A program made the translations under genes and the position numbers. The notes beneath the pieces are model-generated. The model was not told the origin of the DNA. It worked only from the letters and a program-made list of their open reading frames with translations, and made no database searches. From contig ADNK01000063.1 in NCBI GenBank assembly GCA_000320545.1, forward strand, positions 11,843 through 75,842: a stretch of DNA of 64,000 nucleotides, in the 5' to 3' direction. Shown piece by piece: positions 41,256 through 54,274 of this stretch (position 1 is the stretch's first letter; every line of letters begins with the position of its first letter). The DNA is from Bigelowiella natans CCMP2755. Taxonomy: Eukaryota > Protista > Cercozoa.

Positions 41256-41974
41256 ATAGCAGCAGCAGCAGCAAATAGTTAATAGTGGAGCAGTAGTAGA
41301 AAAAAAATTCCAGGACAAAATGGTAGGTACATGCTTTATTTTTTCGCTTCTAGCTGATATTTAGTTGTAATCTTGATATATGTTTTACGTGTAGAATGAT
41401 GTTTAAATTAGCGTGCTCCTCGTCCACTATATTGTTGAAATGCTTGTAGTAGTAGTAGTAGTAGTAGTAGTTGTTGTCCATTTTATAAATGATCATCATC
41501 AAAATATATATTACAGTGAAAATGGTCTTCTCGGTATGGGACCATATCCCTACCCGGGAGAACAAAACGCAGATCTTATCAATGCTGGAAAGGAAACGGT
41601 TGTTGCTTAAGAGTGTAGTAGCAATAATAGTAGTAGTATCTTACAAAGCTGGAGGATACACTTGATGTTTTGTAGTAACAATAGAAGAAGAAGAAGAAGA
41701 AGAAGAAGAAGAAGAAGGAGTAGTGGTATGTTTGTCTGTTCTACTAAGATTATAGACGACGACGACGATGACGAGATGTTACTACTACTACTACTACTAC
41801 TCTACTACTACTTAAATTGCAGCTGCGTGGTGCTTAATAATAGTAGTGTCTACTTGGTGCTTGATAATAGTAGTAGTCCTCCATTACAACTCTCATCATC
41901 GCAACACTGGTTGAGGTGGTAGAAAAGAAGAAGGAGGAGGAAGAGAAGGAGGGAATCAAGAATTCTTTTTTTAA

Positions 41975-42016
<42 letters not shown>

Positions 42017-43228
42017 CTTTTGCCTGAGGAGGAGGAGGTGGTAACAGTAATAACAATTATGTGCGGCAAACGACGTTTTACAGGTAACGACACTTCCTGG
42101 GTCATCCATATTTTCTTCTGGAGAAAGCTTTTCGATGATTCGAGGCTCTCACATTGATGTTACAATATTGGGAGCTCTCGAAGTTGCGGAGAATGGAGAT
42201 CTAGCTAATTGGGTTATTCCTGGCAAAATGGTGAAAGGAATGGGAGGCGCTATGGATCTAGTGAGTTGTGGAAGCCGAGTCGTCGTAACCACAGATCATT
42301 GCTCTAAAAAAGGTATTTTGATTATGTAGCAGCTAGTAGCAGTAGTACATCAGCAGCAGCAGCAGCAGCAGCATCAGAAATAGCAGCCATAGCAGCAGTC
42401 AGTACTCGTAATAGTTTCAGAAGTCACACTGCTTTCTTTTGTTAAAAACAAACGATTTTGTTCTATATAGGTGCATCAAAGATTCTCAAGTCTTGTTCTC
42501 TACCCCTTACCGGTGCTAATGCAGCAGCGATATGATCTTGAGCAGCATAAATGAATGAATAGCGACTGACATCATTTTAGCTTTTCGAAAGAACAAGTTA
42601 CTACTTGGTGCACACTTTTCTTCTCGTTGTTGTTCCAATTTCGGAATATCATCTTTGCTATCACCATCTATATCGCAGCTTGTTGCTCATTGCAACAACA
42701 ATGATCTCAGAATCACACAAGTGTCACTTTATTTAGATATTAATATTTGTTCATTTGTAAAGCTGCCAAGCTAAAACTTATTAATATTTGTTCATTTATA
42801 AAGCTACCAAGCTAAAACTTGCTTGTGATAGTTTTCATCGTCTGTCTGTTTACCTATCATCATCATTATCATCATTAGGGAAGGGTATCGTTGACCTTAT
42901 CATCACAGACTTGGCTGTTTTCGAAGTTGATAAGGAAAAAGGTGGTGTTTGTGGTAGGGCGATGTAGAGTGAAAATTCCGATTGTGTGAAATTTGTGGTA
43001 AGTATTTTCCAATAATCTGAGAGAGGATAGTCGCTGTGGTCTGTTGCATATGCAATAACAATTATTCTTGGTGCTACTACTACTACTACTACTATGACGA
43101 CGTTATCAGGAGAACTAGTATTGACGGAAATCGCTGAAGGTGTGACACTTGAAGAGCTCGCATCCAAGACAGAGGCAACATACAGGGTCGCCGATGACCT
43201 TCAGACTATGAGAGCTGCTGCTGCCTAG
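38482..43228 (+). CDS. OXCT1: Succinyl-CoA:3-ketoacid CoA transferase (SCOT), mitochondrial
   Basis: [59 protein letters not shown]|[20 protein letters not shown] and [12 protein letters not shown]; leader MMFRALK|TSSKLNR...HRHLS. Confidence 0.96.
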
Positions 43229-43559
43229 TCTGTTTTTCACTATGAATAATAATGCACAATATGATGGCACTACAATAGATGATTATGACAGCTAGAGAGA
43301 GAGAGAAATAGTTCAGGAAGGAAACGCATAAATGGAGCAAATCGAAACAATTAAGTGTGAGTAACATTATCACGCGTTAATACGGCATGCTTTATCCAAA
43401 TTGGTCAAAGTGAGCAAGTAATAGCTAGACATCTCATCAGAAGTGATTCAAAAAATTGTTGCATAATATGAGCCATATATGAACACTAACGCTTTGAAGT
43501 TTAGCGAGTAGCATATGTAACACGACACAAAGTTTGGAGCAAATAATCTGACATAGCCG

Positions 43560-44400
43560 CGCCGCTTGTAGAAGTGATACTTTCTATATGTATTCCCAGC
43601 TGCAGCACAACAGCTAGGCTACTACGTATACAGCAAAAGCAGAAGTGCTGCACTGCACCATGATGAAGTTTACGCTATGCTGCGGCGATTTCATTTTCAG
43701 ATGGCCCAAGCATGCACATATGCTAGAGGACTGTGAAAGTTTAGACGAATAAATGCCACATTGGAATGGACTGCATCGTGGACTCAGCTAGCTAGCGCCG
43801 TACGTCAGTCGTGTGCTGCATGCATGCGACATGCTATGTAGTATGTGAGACGGATGTGCATGATGATGTGATTATACATATTTTCAATGGTCATCCTAAT
43901 GTAGCGATCTAGCGATGCAAAGCAGCGGCTATGTGTCATGTCAGCTAGTCAGCATTTTGCTGCATGCACACTCACTGCATGATGCGCATGGAGACACCTA
44001 GACATGGCAGATGGTACGTGCACAGTACACGATGTGCATGATGCTTATGTATGCATGACACAAGCACACACTGTTAGACTGCGGTGTCTTGCAGCCGTCC
44101 TCATTCGAGCATCTTTTATAATTTTTATTTAGATCTCATCTCACCTCGTCATCTAAACGGACCCTAAATCCCATTACCACATTGATCACCGCTTCTCTGC
44201 TTTCATGCCTACCTGGCAGGCACAATGTTGATGACATGCTCGCAGCAACACGTAATTGCACGCACTTGCTACTGACAAATATTTGTAATGAAGCTAATAG
44301 AACATCCATGCTTACACGATGCTCAGCACCACAAGCAAGTGCAGCCCATCATCGACACAAAGAGCACGTAGTCGCCCATGAGGAGCGAAAACGCAACAGC
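43560..44400. other. Weaker TG/CA-rich, partly TpA-depleted zone between convergent genes
   Basis: gcatgc, gtgcac and gctagctagc motifs; more residual TA than in the strong islands. Confidence 0.5.
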
Positions 44401-44611
44401 TAGATACCCTCACGATTTGTCTGTCGCTGTGCCGAGTCATGTTTTCGGCGTGCACGGTAGCGAACAAAATCTTCAAGCTAATTTTATAATGATCATAATT
44501 GACTCACCTTGCAGGAAGAAAAGTTACTTCAGATTCGCATCATTCTGGAGCATACCATAATGGCTACTATCTTCATTGCAGGCCGCACATTGGTGTGAAC
44601 ACAACATCATG

Positions 44612-46736
44612 TTATGCATGGGTTGCCTTTCCTGTTTGATCAAAGCCTCTATATTCTCTCCAAACCTCGATAGCAGCGCGATGTACAATAGAATGGCGCT
44701 TTGCAAGACGCTTTCGATTCTGGTCATAACCCCCGCCGATCATCTAAGATAAATCACTCGTTTAAAATAGTAGAACGCCAGAATTATTGAAGAATCTTAC
44801 GCATGAGATCGGAATTCCAGACTGCAGCGCCAAGTCAACAACAAAACGGTCACGTTCGAAAATTCCATCCTAAGATAACATGAATCTTTAGAAGTGATAA
44901 TAATCATAAACGGACATGATAGTATCATATGTAAAATGTAGAACTAACTTCAGTTATGCTTAGTTTTCCTAGTGCATCTCCTTCCCAAACATCAATGCCA
45001 CCAATGTACAAAATGAGGTCGGGCTTAACCTGTAATGATATGGCGATCGAGGTGTACATATCAGAAATTAGCACGATTTTCTTGGTAGTTGTAAAATAAG
45101 ATTTCTTTACTAATGTTAGTATACCTCCTGAATGACACGTGGGAGATGTGTCGTTAACTCCTCCATGTATTCATCATCCTTACATCCTGGATTATCATAT
45201 CGGCTATTTTTTAAATCTGTAGATAAAATAAAGCTTCTCATACATGCATCTTGGAGCACCTTGAGGTAAGCCTATATCGAGATCACTTCTGTCTTGCCCA
45301 AGATATGATAACGATTTCACATTGAATCCAAAAGGGAAGTTTTGGGCGCAGTGCATGGAGAATGTATAAACCGATTGGTCCTCTTTGAAGATTTCAGCTG
45401 ATACGAAGATGCATCATTTCAGAAAGCATATTGTCCAAGATAAGTTCATTCCAACCTGTTCCATCCCCTTGGTGAACATCGCAGTCAACAATAAGGACAC
45501 GTTCTGCCAGATTTTCCTTCTGCATTAGCCTAGCCGCAACAGCTAGGTCGTTTATACATGTGTATCCTGCCCCCCTAATTTACAAATGTGTAGTAATGAT
45601 TTGTGCATTAGCCATTCGATGATTTCAACCAATTAGTAAATGTTCATACAAATCCTTATGATCAACGTTCATACCAATCCTTATGTGCGTGGTGTGTGCC
45701 TCCGCCAACATGCAGTGATAGCCCGTGTTTAAGCGCTAAGCGGGCACTTAATACAGTCTGAAATATACTACAACTAAGAGGGGATTGAGCAACACATTTA
45801 TGTACTTAATAGGTTACCCCCGCCACTTCCAACTTTGTTCGCTTTACAAGCTCCTGGTGGTTTGGTCTTTGTGAAAATCCTAATTAATTAATTAATACAT
45901 GAAATAATAATAATGCGCCACTGGTGATCTATAACTTCAAAATAGGATACCACAAATACTAAAAAACTAAGTATTGAAAAGCCTTCTTCATAACCTGTTC
46001 TTCGCATTAGATCTGGATCCAGAGTTCCGGTTATGAATTCCTGATAATACTTCTTCCCATGCACTAGGAGCATCCACTAGGAAAACAACGATAACAAACA
46101 TATCTTATTTAGGTATTCATAATTTCTTTACTCATCAAATGATTATTACTTCATCTGGAGGGTATTCCGGTTCCACAAAATCGTCAAAAGATCGTACGAT
46201 TCTATGCTCGATTAAAAATTCTGCCAAATCTTCAAACTTCCACATCGCGAAACGGTGACGCTAAAAGAGGACAGAAATGGCTGCTCAATTTGCCTCATTA
46301 AGTAGTGTTGGTGTTTGTTAACCTCTGGCCAAGGAATCGAATATTCTGGGTGATAGATGATAGGTGGCAAGGAATGAAGTCCGTAAGCTTCATTTTCATT
46401 TACGTCGTCGATTTTATCTTCAGGGAGTGCAGGAGTGGAACTACTTCTTCCCGTTTTTTGGAGGAACCTGCGAGGTTGAACGAGCCTTTTCTCGACAACA
46501 GGTAGTGATGATGATAATTGCGCCGCTCTAAAAGACTTGAGAGAGAGGTTACGGCAGCGGCTGGTTGACGAAAGGCACGAAACTAGTGCACAGCAACACC
46601 GAACCAGTGAGTATCGTAGATGGCTCCTGTGTTGCCGTGATAAGCCATTCGATGAGGAAGAATGTGACGGTGTCTGTGCCCAACGATGCAAAGGATGTCC
46701 CAAGTGCAAGCGAATATTTTTATTTAAGGAATGCAT
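44612..46736 (-). CDS. Histone deacetylase superfamily protein (class IV / bacterial-like) with long N-terminal extension
   Basis: HRFAMWKF, GGGTHHA, GYTCINDLAVA, IVDCDVHQGDGT, TFSMH, GDALGKL and VIGGGY. Confidence 0.92.
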
Positions 46737-47506
46737 GGGTATCCTGGAGGGGGGTCTGGCTTTGAAGCACGTCGAAGACACGTGCCTAGGTTGTTGTCGT
46801 CTGTCGTTCTGTAGTACTTCTTGTAATTGTTGTTGTGTGTGTTGGTTGTATTGGTCCTTTTAGGAAGAAAACAAATGCAAATAATCATAACATTTATGCC
46901 GAGAAGAAAGTAGAGAAAGAGGATGATGAAGTAGGAGAAGCTCTGGTGAATCTCGAATAATTAAAAGCAAAAAATCGACTAGAATGCATGAGATGCGACG
47001 TGGAGAAATTACACATATGGATATTATTGACGAACTGCGTATTTATCGTATGGGGGAAAAAGTGGCCTGTGTTATGGTGCGAAAAAGACAATATCATCAT
47101 CTACCAAAAAATCTGGTCTCGCTGATCCTTCGACCCAAGCGAAGAAATGTATTTCCGCCAGTACCCAGGGAATTATAAAAAAGTATTTTATTTTACACAT
47201 TTTCAAATAGACGACAACAGAATATAGTCTTAATTTGCCGCTAGCTATACCTGGCGTGTTTCAGCCCTCGCTTAAAAGTGAACCTCATCCTGTCCTCCCA
47301 CCCTACCTCCGTTCCCTCTCTATAGATTCAACACGTAGGTGCTTACCATCCTGTTTACATATATTTTATATCTTAACTGCTCATCATTTTTTTTCTTGTT
47401 GCCATAAAACCAAAAAAAAAACTTACGCACTCTCGGCACTTCGAACCTTACTTACCTAATGCTTTAAACACGTAACTGTTTCCTCTACTTCATAAAATAG
47501 AAGATC

Positions 47507-49227
47507 ATGAGTCAGCAGGAAAGGAAGAATGAGGGCGGTCTCTCTGAGGAAGCCAAGCGTAAAGCTGAATACTTTGAACATATGTCCTACTATCGATTTA
47601 ATGGACCTGCTGGTGGACTCTCCACTTGGAACATGGAAAATGGTTATCTTGAAGCACGTGTGCGTGGGTTTCGCTCGGGATTTCTCACCGGTGGGGAGTA
47701 CAAGCAGGTAATAATAATGTTATAAGAGGATTACGTTATCAGCTGAATCTTAGGATTATTTTGCTTCAAACGATGATTCCCCTGCGATATAATAACACTT
47801 ATTTGAACATTTGTCTTTGATATCAGTTGATGCAGTGCAACACCCTAGACGAGGTTAAGCTTGCCCTTACAGACACTGACTACGGGCAATGGATCACTAC
47901 AGTTTCTAAGGTGAGTAGGCGGTCGTTACGAAGAAGTTAGAATCCGTGGACAAAAGCCTAATTAATTAGTAATAAATTTGTAATAATACTACGCTCCCCT
48001 CTCTCTCTCTCCCTCCCCCCCTCCCCACATTTTTCTCATTTATCATGGATAGACTAACCCTATGTCCCTTACCGCCACTTACGTTTCTTTGTCGCTATCG
48101 ACTTTTACGCAGGGTGTTGAGGAGAAAAATGATATATACTCCAAAAAGCTAAGCGACGCCTGCCATGTAACAACTTGTATCTACATATATATACTCCAAA
48201 AAGCTAAGCGACGCCTGCCATGTAACAACTTGTATCTATCATAATTGATTTCATCGAATTAAAGTAAATTACCACATAATTAATGCAGAAAAAATTTCTG
48301 GAAGAATTCGAATACCTGAGGATGAATGCAACGGGAGTCATGCAAACTTTTTTGGACATGATCACATATGAGCCTATGATCAACAACTTCTGCAAATTGA
48401 TCATCGCTATCCAAAAAACAGACGAGCCAGAAGAGGTGGTTAAAGCTATCCGTGAGTCTGATCCATTAGGTGCATATCCCCATTTGAACAGCATCGTTGC
48501 TTTTGATAAGCAAGACGATTTGTTAACGGATCTCTTTGATTCGCTTCTCATTGATACGCCTGTATCAAAATACTTTTGGCAATACTTTCTTCCTGAATTG
48601 AGTTCAGAGGATGAGAAGAAAGACGATGCTGGAGCCTTGAGAAAATTTACCACTGAGGTTGAACTGGATGTCATGATGAATATGCTTCAGAAGTACCTTT
48701 TGGAGGATTTCTACCATTATTCCCGTGAAATTGGTGGTGAAACATGGGAAGTGATGAAGGAACTTCTCGAATTTGAAGCTGATCGACGCACTGTAAACGT
48801 TACTGTCAACTCTTTTGGAACACCTTTAAACGAGCCAGATCGACACGACTACGAACGCAAGATGCTTTACCCCAATTTTGGAACCCTCTACCCTGACGGA
48901 CAAACAATTCTTTCAGGGTATGGTCCTAAGCCTGGAGTCTCTGACTTCCAAACTCTTGGAACAGAGTTTAAGTCAAAATCTGTGCGCTTTGCTACAATTC
49001 TTCAAGACGAAGAAAATTTTGTGTATGGAATGCGTCAAGAAGCAGCAAAAATGTATGCCAAGGGATTTGAAGGGCAAAGCCATTATGGTTGTTTTTATGC
49101 TTTCTACAAGCTGAAGATGATTGAGCTCAGAAATCTGAAACTCATCTTCGATACTATAAGCCAGCCTAGAACAGCTGAAGAACGCAGGGCTCTATTCAAG
49201 TCAGTGACCCCACTCTTTGAGGATTAG
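47507..49227 (+). CDS. VMA6: V-type proton ATPase V0 subunit d
   Basis: NGYLEARVRGFRSGFL, LALTDTDYG, EEFEYLR, LEFEADRR, LYPNFGTLYPDG and QSHYGCFYAF. Confidence 0.93.
48132..48238. repeat. 55-bp exact tandem duplication of an exon end plus 5' splice site
   Basis: atatatactccaaaaagctaagcgacgcctgccat|gtaacaacttgtatcta occurs twice. Confidence 0.95.
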
Positions 49228-49429
49228 ATACAATCCTACGTAGACATTTTCGAACTATGAGTAGCCTTTAAGAAATGCTGGAAATCGATGCTGATGTCGA
49301 GTTTCAATATGTTATCCGTCATGAATCTCAATTTATACATGGAAGCCCTCTCCTTACCCCCCCCCCCCTCCCCTTCACTAGCTCGCTCTCTCTCTCTCTC
49401 TCACTCACTCACTCACTCTCCTGAGTTTA

Positions 49430-50650
49430 TATTGTGCATGCAAGCTAGCACGTATGACGTATGATCACAACAATTGCAGTAGCGCATGCATGCATATGTG
49501 ATGCTGCTTCTGTACGTAGCCTAGTTTGTGAACACACATGTACTAGAAGCACACGTGTTCTGAAGCACACATGAGCCTTGCATGTTACATGTGTCCTAAA
49601 TAACAGATATCTTAAAGCGGGTACGCTCTATGTAGCCCTGTTAGGCTACATTTATGCTACATGTACGTATAGCTTTCTAGCTTTGCTCGATGTTCCCACG
49701 CTGCGCTAGACCCAAGCAAGTCATCTAGCATTATTAGTGCAGGCACATTTGTCTCTTATGAAATCTTAAACATGTGATTTTTTTTCTTATAAATGTGATG
49801 CATGACAAGCTAGAGAAAATCATAAAAGACGAGAGAAATAAACCACAAAAGTTCCCGGCGGCTGTGTTTTCAAATTCACTTTTTGATCATGCGTGGCCAC
49901 ACGCCTAGCTAGCTAGATTGCACCGAAATTGTCAGAATTTTCTGCCTTTTTTTGCTCTCCTAGATTTCATTTCACGCAATTCGCCCATTGGAATTCGTGG
50001 GCACATCACATCTTGTCCTTTGTTGCAAGTTGGCACCATGGCGGAGCAGTGGTATGTGCAGCGTGGCACACTTAAAACTTTAGAACTGCGGAGTTTGCTG
50101 GCACTGACCAGCCCTGCAATGCGCACGCAAATGTTGATGTGAACATGCATGCGTGCGGTGCAGATCTAGTGATCCCGTTAGGCCTGCAGTGCGTCTACGG
50201 CCGTCGCTAGGTCGGCATGCTTGATTTCCGTCTTAGTGTCATCATGCACGTGCTTGGCGTCTCATGGAAAGACACCATGTGTACCTCAATGAAGTAGTAG
50301 GCTAGGTCTCTATGCACACCTAAAGGTAGTGTGTAGGTCTCTATGGGCTGTTGCGCACATGCGTCATGTGCAGCGTGCACATTGCAATGTGTGACATTGT
50401 CATGTAAGACGGATGCGTTCACTGATTACATCCGTCTCACAATGTAGCTAGCCGCCCAGCGATCTACTCAGTACTGCCAGCAGATGTGCATGCATCGTCT
50501 GTAATGGCATGGTGCTCTGTGCTGGTGCAGCGCAGTGATATATGCAAATATGTCATGCGCATCGATTATATCGCATGCCATATCAGGCGGTCAATGCACC
50601 TTTCACTAGCTAGCAATTCAACGGTAGATACAATGCTGATAACGAGTTCA
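49430..50650. other. TG/CA-rich, partly TpA-depleted zone between convergent genes
   Basis: gcatgc-, cacatgt- and ctagctagctag-rich sequence between V-ATPase d and the GT-like gene. Confidence 0.55.
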
Positions 50651-50722
50651 GTGTGGTAGCACATCGATGCATCTTTATCATTACCTTACTGTTTTTATGT
50701 AACATCTATAGGCATACGTACA

Positions 50723-51974
50723 TCAGGAAGATGATTGAATATTATGCCATCCCAAGCTTGGCTGATTGGTATCGTAACTCACTAACCGATCCATCTCCAT
50801 GAATAGCATTAGGGGCATGAAGCTGCAACGCTAGAATTTGATACAGCTAGATACTGTTCTTCGTTCACGTCATAAACGGTGGAGAGGCAAGACTCAAGCG
50901 AAATCCGTCTCTGATCGAAATTGGGAACAAAACAACTCTTGAATATGGAAGGATCTACTGCTCAAATACATAGAGTTATAAACTATTCAGTAGACAATAT
51001 ACGGCAACAAACACAATATAAAAATATGCACACATATGTAATAGAGTACCAAAACTGTGGTCACATTTGTATGTGAACAGGTACAATTCTTATGGTATTA
51101 ATTACTTGATCTCGGCATAGCCATGTTGCTGAAGTTTCATTCTTTGAAGATCGCCGCACCTTTTCAAAACAATCCCTTAATAATGATATCCAGATCAACA
51201 TTACTGTTTCCTTTTGCTGCGGTTATTGCTAGTTATTTCAGGTTTTAAAAAGCGGCTTGATCTTACCGATATCGGCGTTTTACGGTCATAGTAGTAGAAA
51301 GCGCTGGGTAGAGTCAGAAGAGAGGAGAATTAGAAAGATCAAGTACATTTGCAGAGAAAGGACGATGAGAAATATTGCTGACGATCAAGTAGAACTTCTC
51401 CTCCTGGTGCTGCCCCTTCTACTACTCACCCTAAATCCTCGAATCCTTTTCGGAGGGCGTCCTGAACAAATGCATGCAAAGATCAAACAAGTTGCAGTTT
51501 CTTTGATGAAAAGGAGGGTTCTTTTGTGAATGTGGCTATTCTGCAAAAATTCACCATTTAATAAAACGCAATTCAAGGTTCGAGAATTAGCGCACACGAA
51601 TCACGTAAACTGTGTACAATCAAAGCTTAAACATGTGGCTTCAAACTTATTTTTGATATAGTACATGAATATTGTGAACGTGCGAAATCTTGCTGCTAAA
51701 CCCTTCATTATTTACGAACGAAATTTGACAAGTGACAACATTACGTACCTCTGGAAAATAAGCGTGATACCTATAGGCCGTTCATTATTTCATGCGTTGG
51801 TAGATCATGGAGTTAGACAAGTGTAAAAATTAAAAACTGCTATCCAAATATATACTCTTGCTTGTTTATGTTTACATCTTGAGCAACAATCAACAACAAC
51901 GAGCATGATAGGTGAACGTTGTCATCGGATTTAATATTCCTACTTGCAAATCTGATACGTGTTTTCTTCCGTCT

Positions 51975-52015
<41 letters not shown>

Positions 52016-53279
52016 CCCCCCCCCCCCCCCTCTGTAGTTCCATCTTGATTTTATGCTAACACTCGTCAACCAAGGTCCATCACAAGAAGTGTAGTTTTCC
52101 CCCCCGCGAGAAAATCCCTCAGAAAACCTTGCAAAATAGCAACAATATCAGGAACATGAATATTGAAACGACGACGACGACGACGGTAGCAATGGAAGTG
52201 TCCGGAAAAGAATTTCTTCGTTTGTGATATCTAAAGAATTGGTTGACGTCCATTCAGTGGCTTCTCTCACCCCTTTCAATTACTAACACCTTCTTGGAGA
52301 AAAGACGAACAAGTCGCTGAAGTGCGTCACTAGATCTCCGCGCAATAACAATTCCTGTGTCGTCGTACAGGATTTTCGATAATCTATCACTTACATACAT
52401 ATGATAGCCTTGTAGTAAATAATATGTGCTGCATCATGATTATTATCTGATGATCATGATAACGATGACGACGACGATGATGATAATGACGCACAAATAG
52501 CACGCAGCCATGGCACTAGCCACCAAACACTACTGCTGCTACTACTAATCCTACTACTGCTACACTACCAAGAATAGTTTATAACAAACGTAATCAAGAT
52601 TACTACTTGATCTAATACCTGCGCAGTAAAAGAAGGAAAGAAGAAAACAGCATCGGGACGACTTTTAGCAACCTGCATAGATGATGAAATATTCAGGGAT
52701 CAAGAGAGATGGGGAAAAGGGAGAGGGGAGAGAGAGAGAGAGAGAGAGAGAGAGTTTAGATATTGAGGAGAACGATGTTTACATGCTTTATTTCTTTTTA
52801 ATCAATTATTATTGTCCCAAATTCAATCTATTTGTATTTATTCATCCACAAATATTTATGTGTGATGTATTTCGTTTATTATGGTCTCTGTATTATTTTG
52901 ACAGGTTATAATCAATATAGAGATAACCGCATCAAACTTAATATTCGCTGTTTCCTCAAATCTTAAAATAGTGTTGTAGCAGTTGTTTAATGAATTCATT
53001 ATGGAAAGAAATCTCGGCGTGTTTTCTGGGTTGGTGAAGAAATCGGGCTGACGAACTTTCTTCGCATACTGAGAAAGTTAATTGTAGTATCAATCATCAG
53101 CAATACATGTATCATGAGACACAATTCGGAAGAATAACGTCTTTGCTGATTGTTCAGCTAAGTAGGGAGAACATCACTCACCTCCTTTTTAAATTCGCAT
53201 TTGGTATTTATAAGTTCCTTTGGATCAATCTTCCGAGCAGTTTCAACTGTAGCAAAAGAGGGGCATAATACACTGCCCC

Positions 53280-53314
<35 letters not shown>

Positions 53315-53326
53315 ACAGACAGACAG

Positions 53327-53370
<44 letters not shown>

Positions 53371-53540
53371 GAGAGAGATGGGCAACAAGTAACCAGAATC
53401 ATATAATAGAATATTTGCAATGACAGGTTGTAGCCGTCTCATTTGAAGGCTACAAATAGAACAGAGAACAGATTGCAGCGAGAGGTCCATGTTACATTAC
53501 AGACCAAAAAATCGCAACATTATATATCTACACCTCACAT

Positions 53541-53615
<75 letters not shown>

Positions 53616-53931
53616 CAGAGATGGAGAGAGGGAGAGTTAAATTTTCATTGCAATACTTTACTTGATCGGCAATAATAGGTCCTTCTCGGATACAGGAATA
53701 GGTCTAGGAGAAACGGTTGTGAAGTCTGCTTTAATACTTATTGGGAGAATTCTCTCTAACACCACCAGCTAATGTTGTGAAGTCTGCTTTAATACTTGTT
53801 GGGAGAATACTCTCTAACACCACCAGCTAATGTTGTGAAGTCTGCTTTAATACTTGTTGGGAGAATTCTCTCTACCTCTACGCCTTTCTCTCTCTTCATC
53901 TCTTTTAATATATTAATACATCATATAAAGC

Positions 53932-53976
<45 letters not shown>

Positions 53977-54233
53977 CTTTTTCTACTTGAACATGCCAAA
54001 GTCTTTTTGCTTCTTGACGTCTGTATCCCAAGTCTGTTTACCACAGGGTGAGGAGGATGGATCAAACTACTAAGGATTCCTCCCAAAGTTTTTTTGAAAG
54101 ATTATTCCTAAATAAGGTAGGAGTACCTTTATATGAGCAAAAACGTAGGTATTCTTTGATAGACTGTCGATAAGGTTGTGCTTCAATCTCCTGGAGATAG
54201 TAGCAAAACGTCGATTATCACCGCACAGACACT

Positions 54234-54274
<41 letters not shown>

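Noticed and set aside
46537-46863. Cys-rich plus-strand ORF resembling a zinc finger
   Set aside because: Antisense shadow of HDAC exon 1 with a non-ATG start
53716-53874. CRISPR-like array
   Set aside because: Contiguous tandem units with no unique spacers, no cas genes, and a eukaryotic intron context
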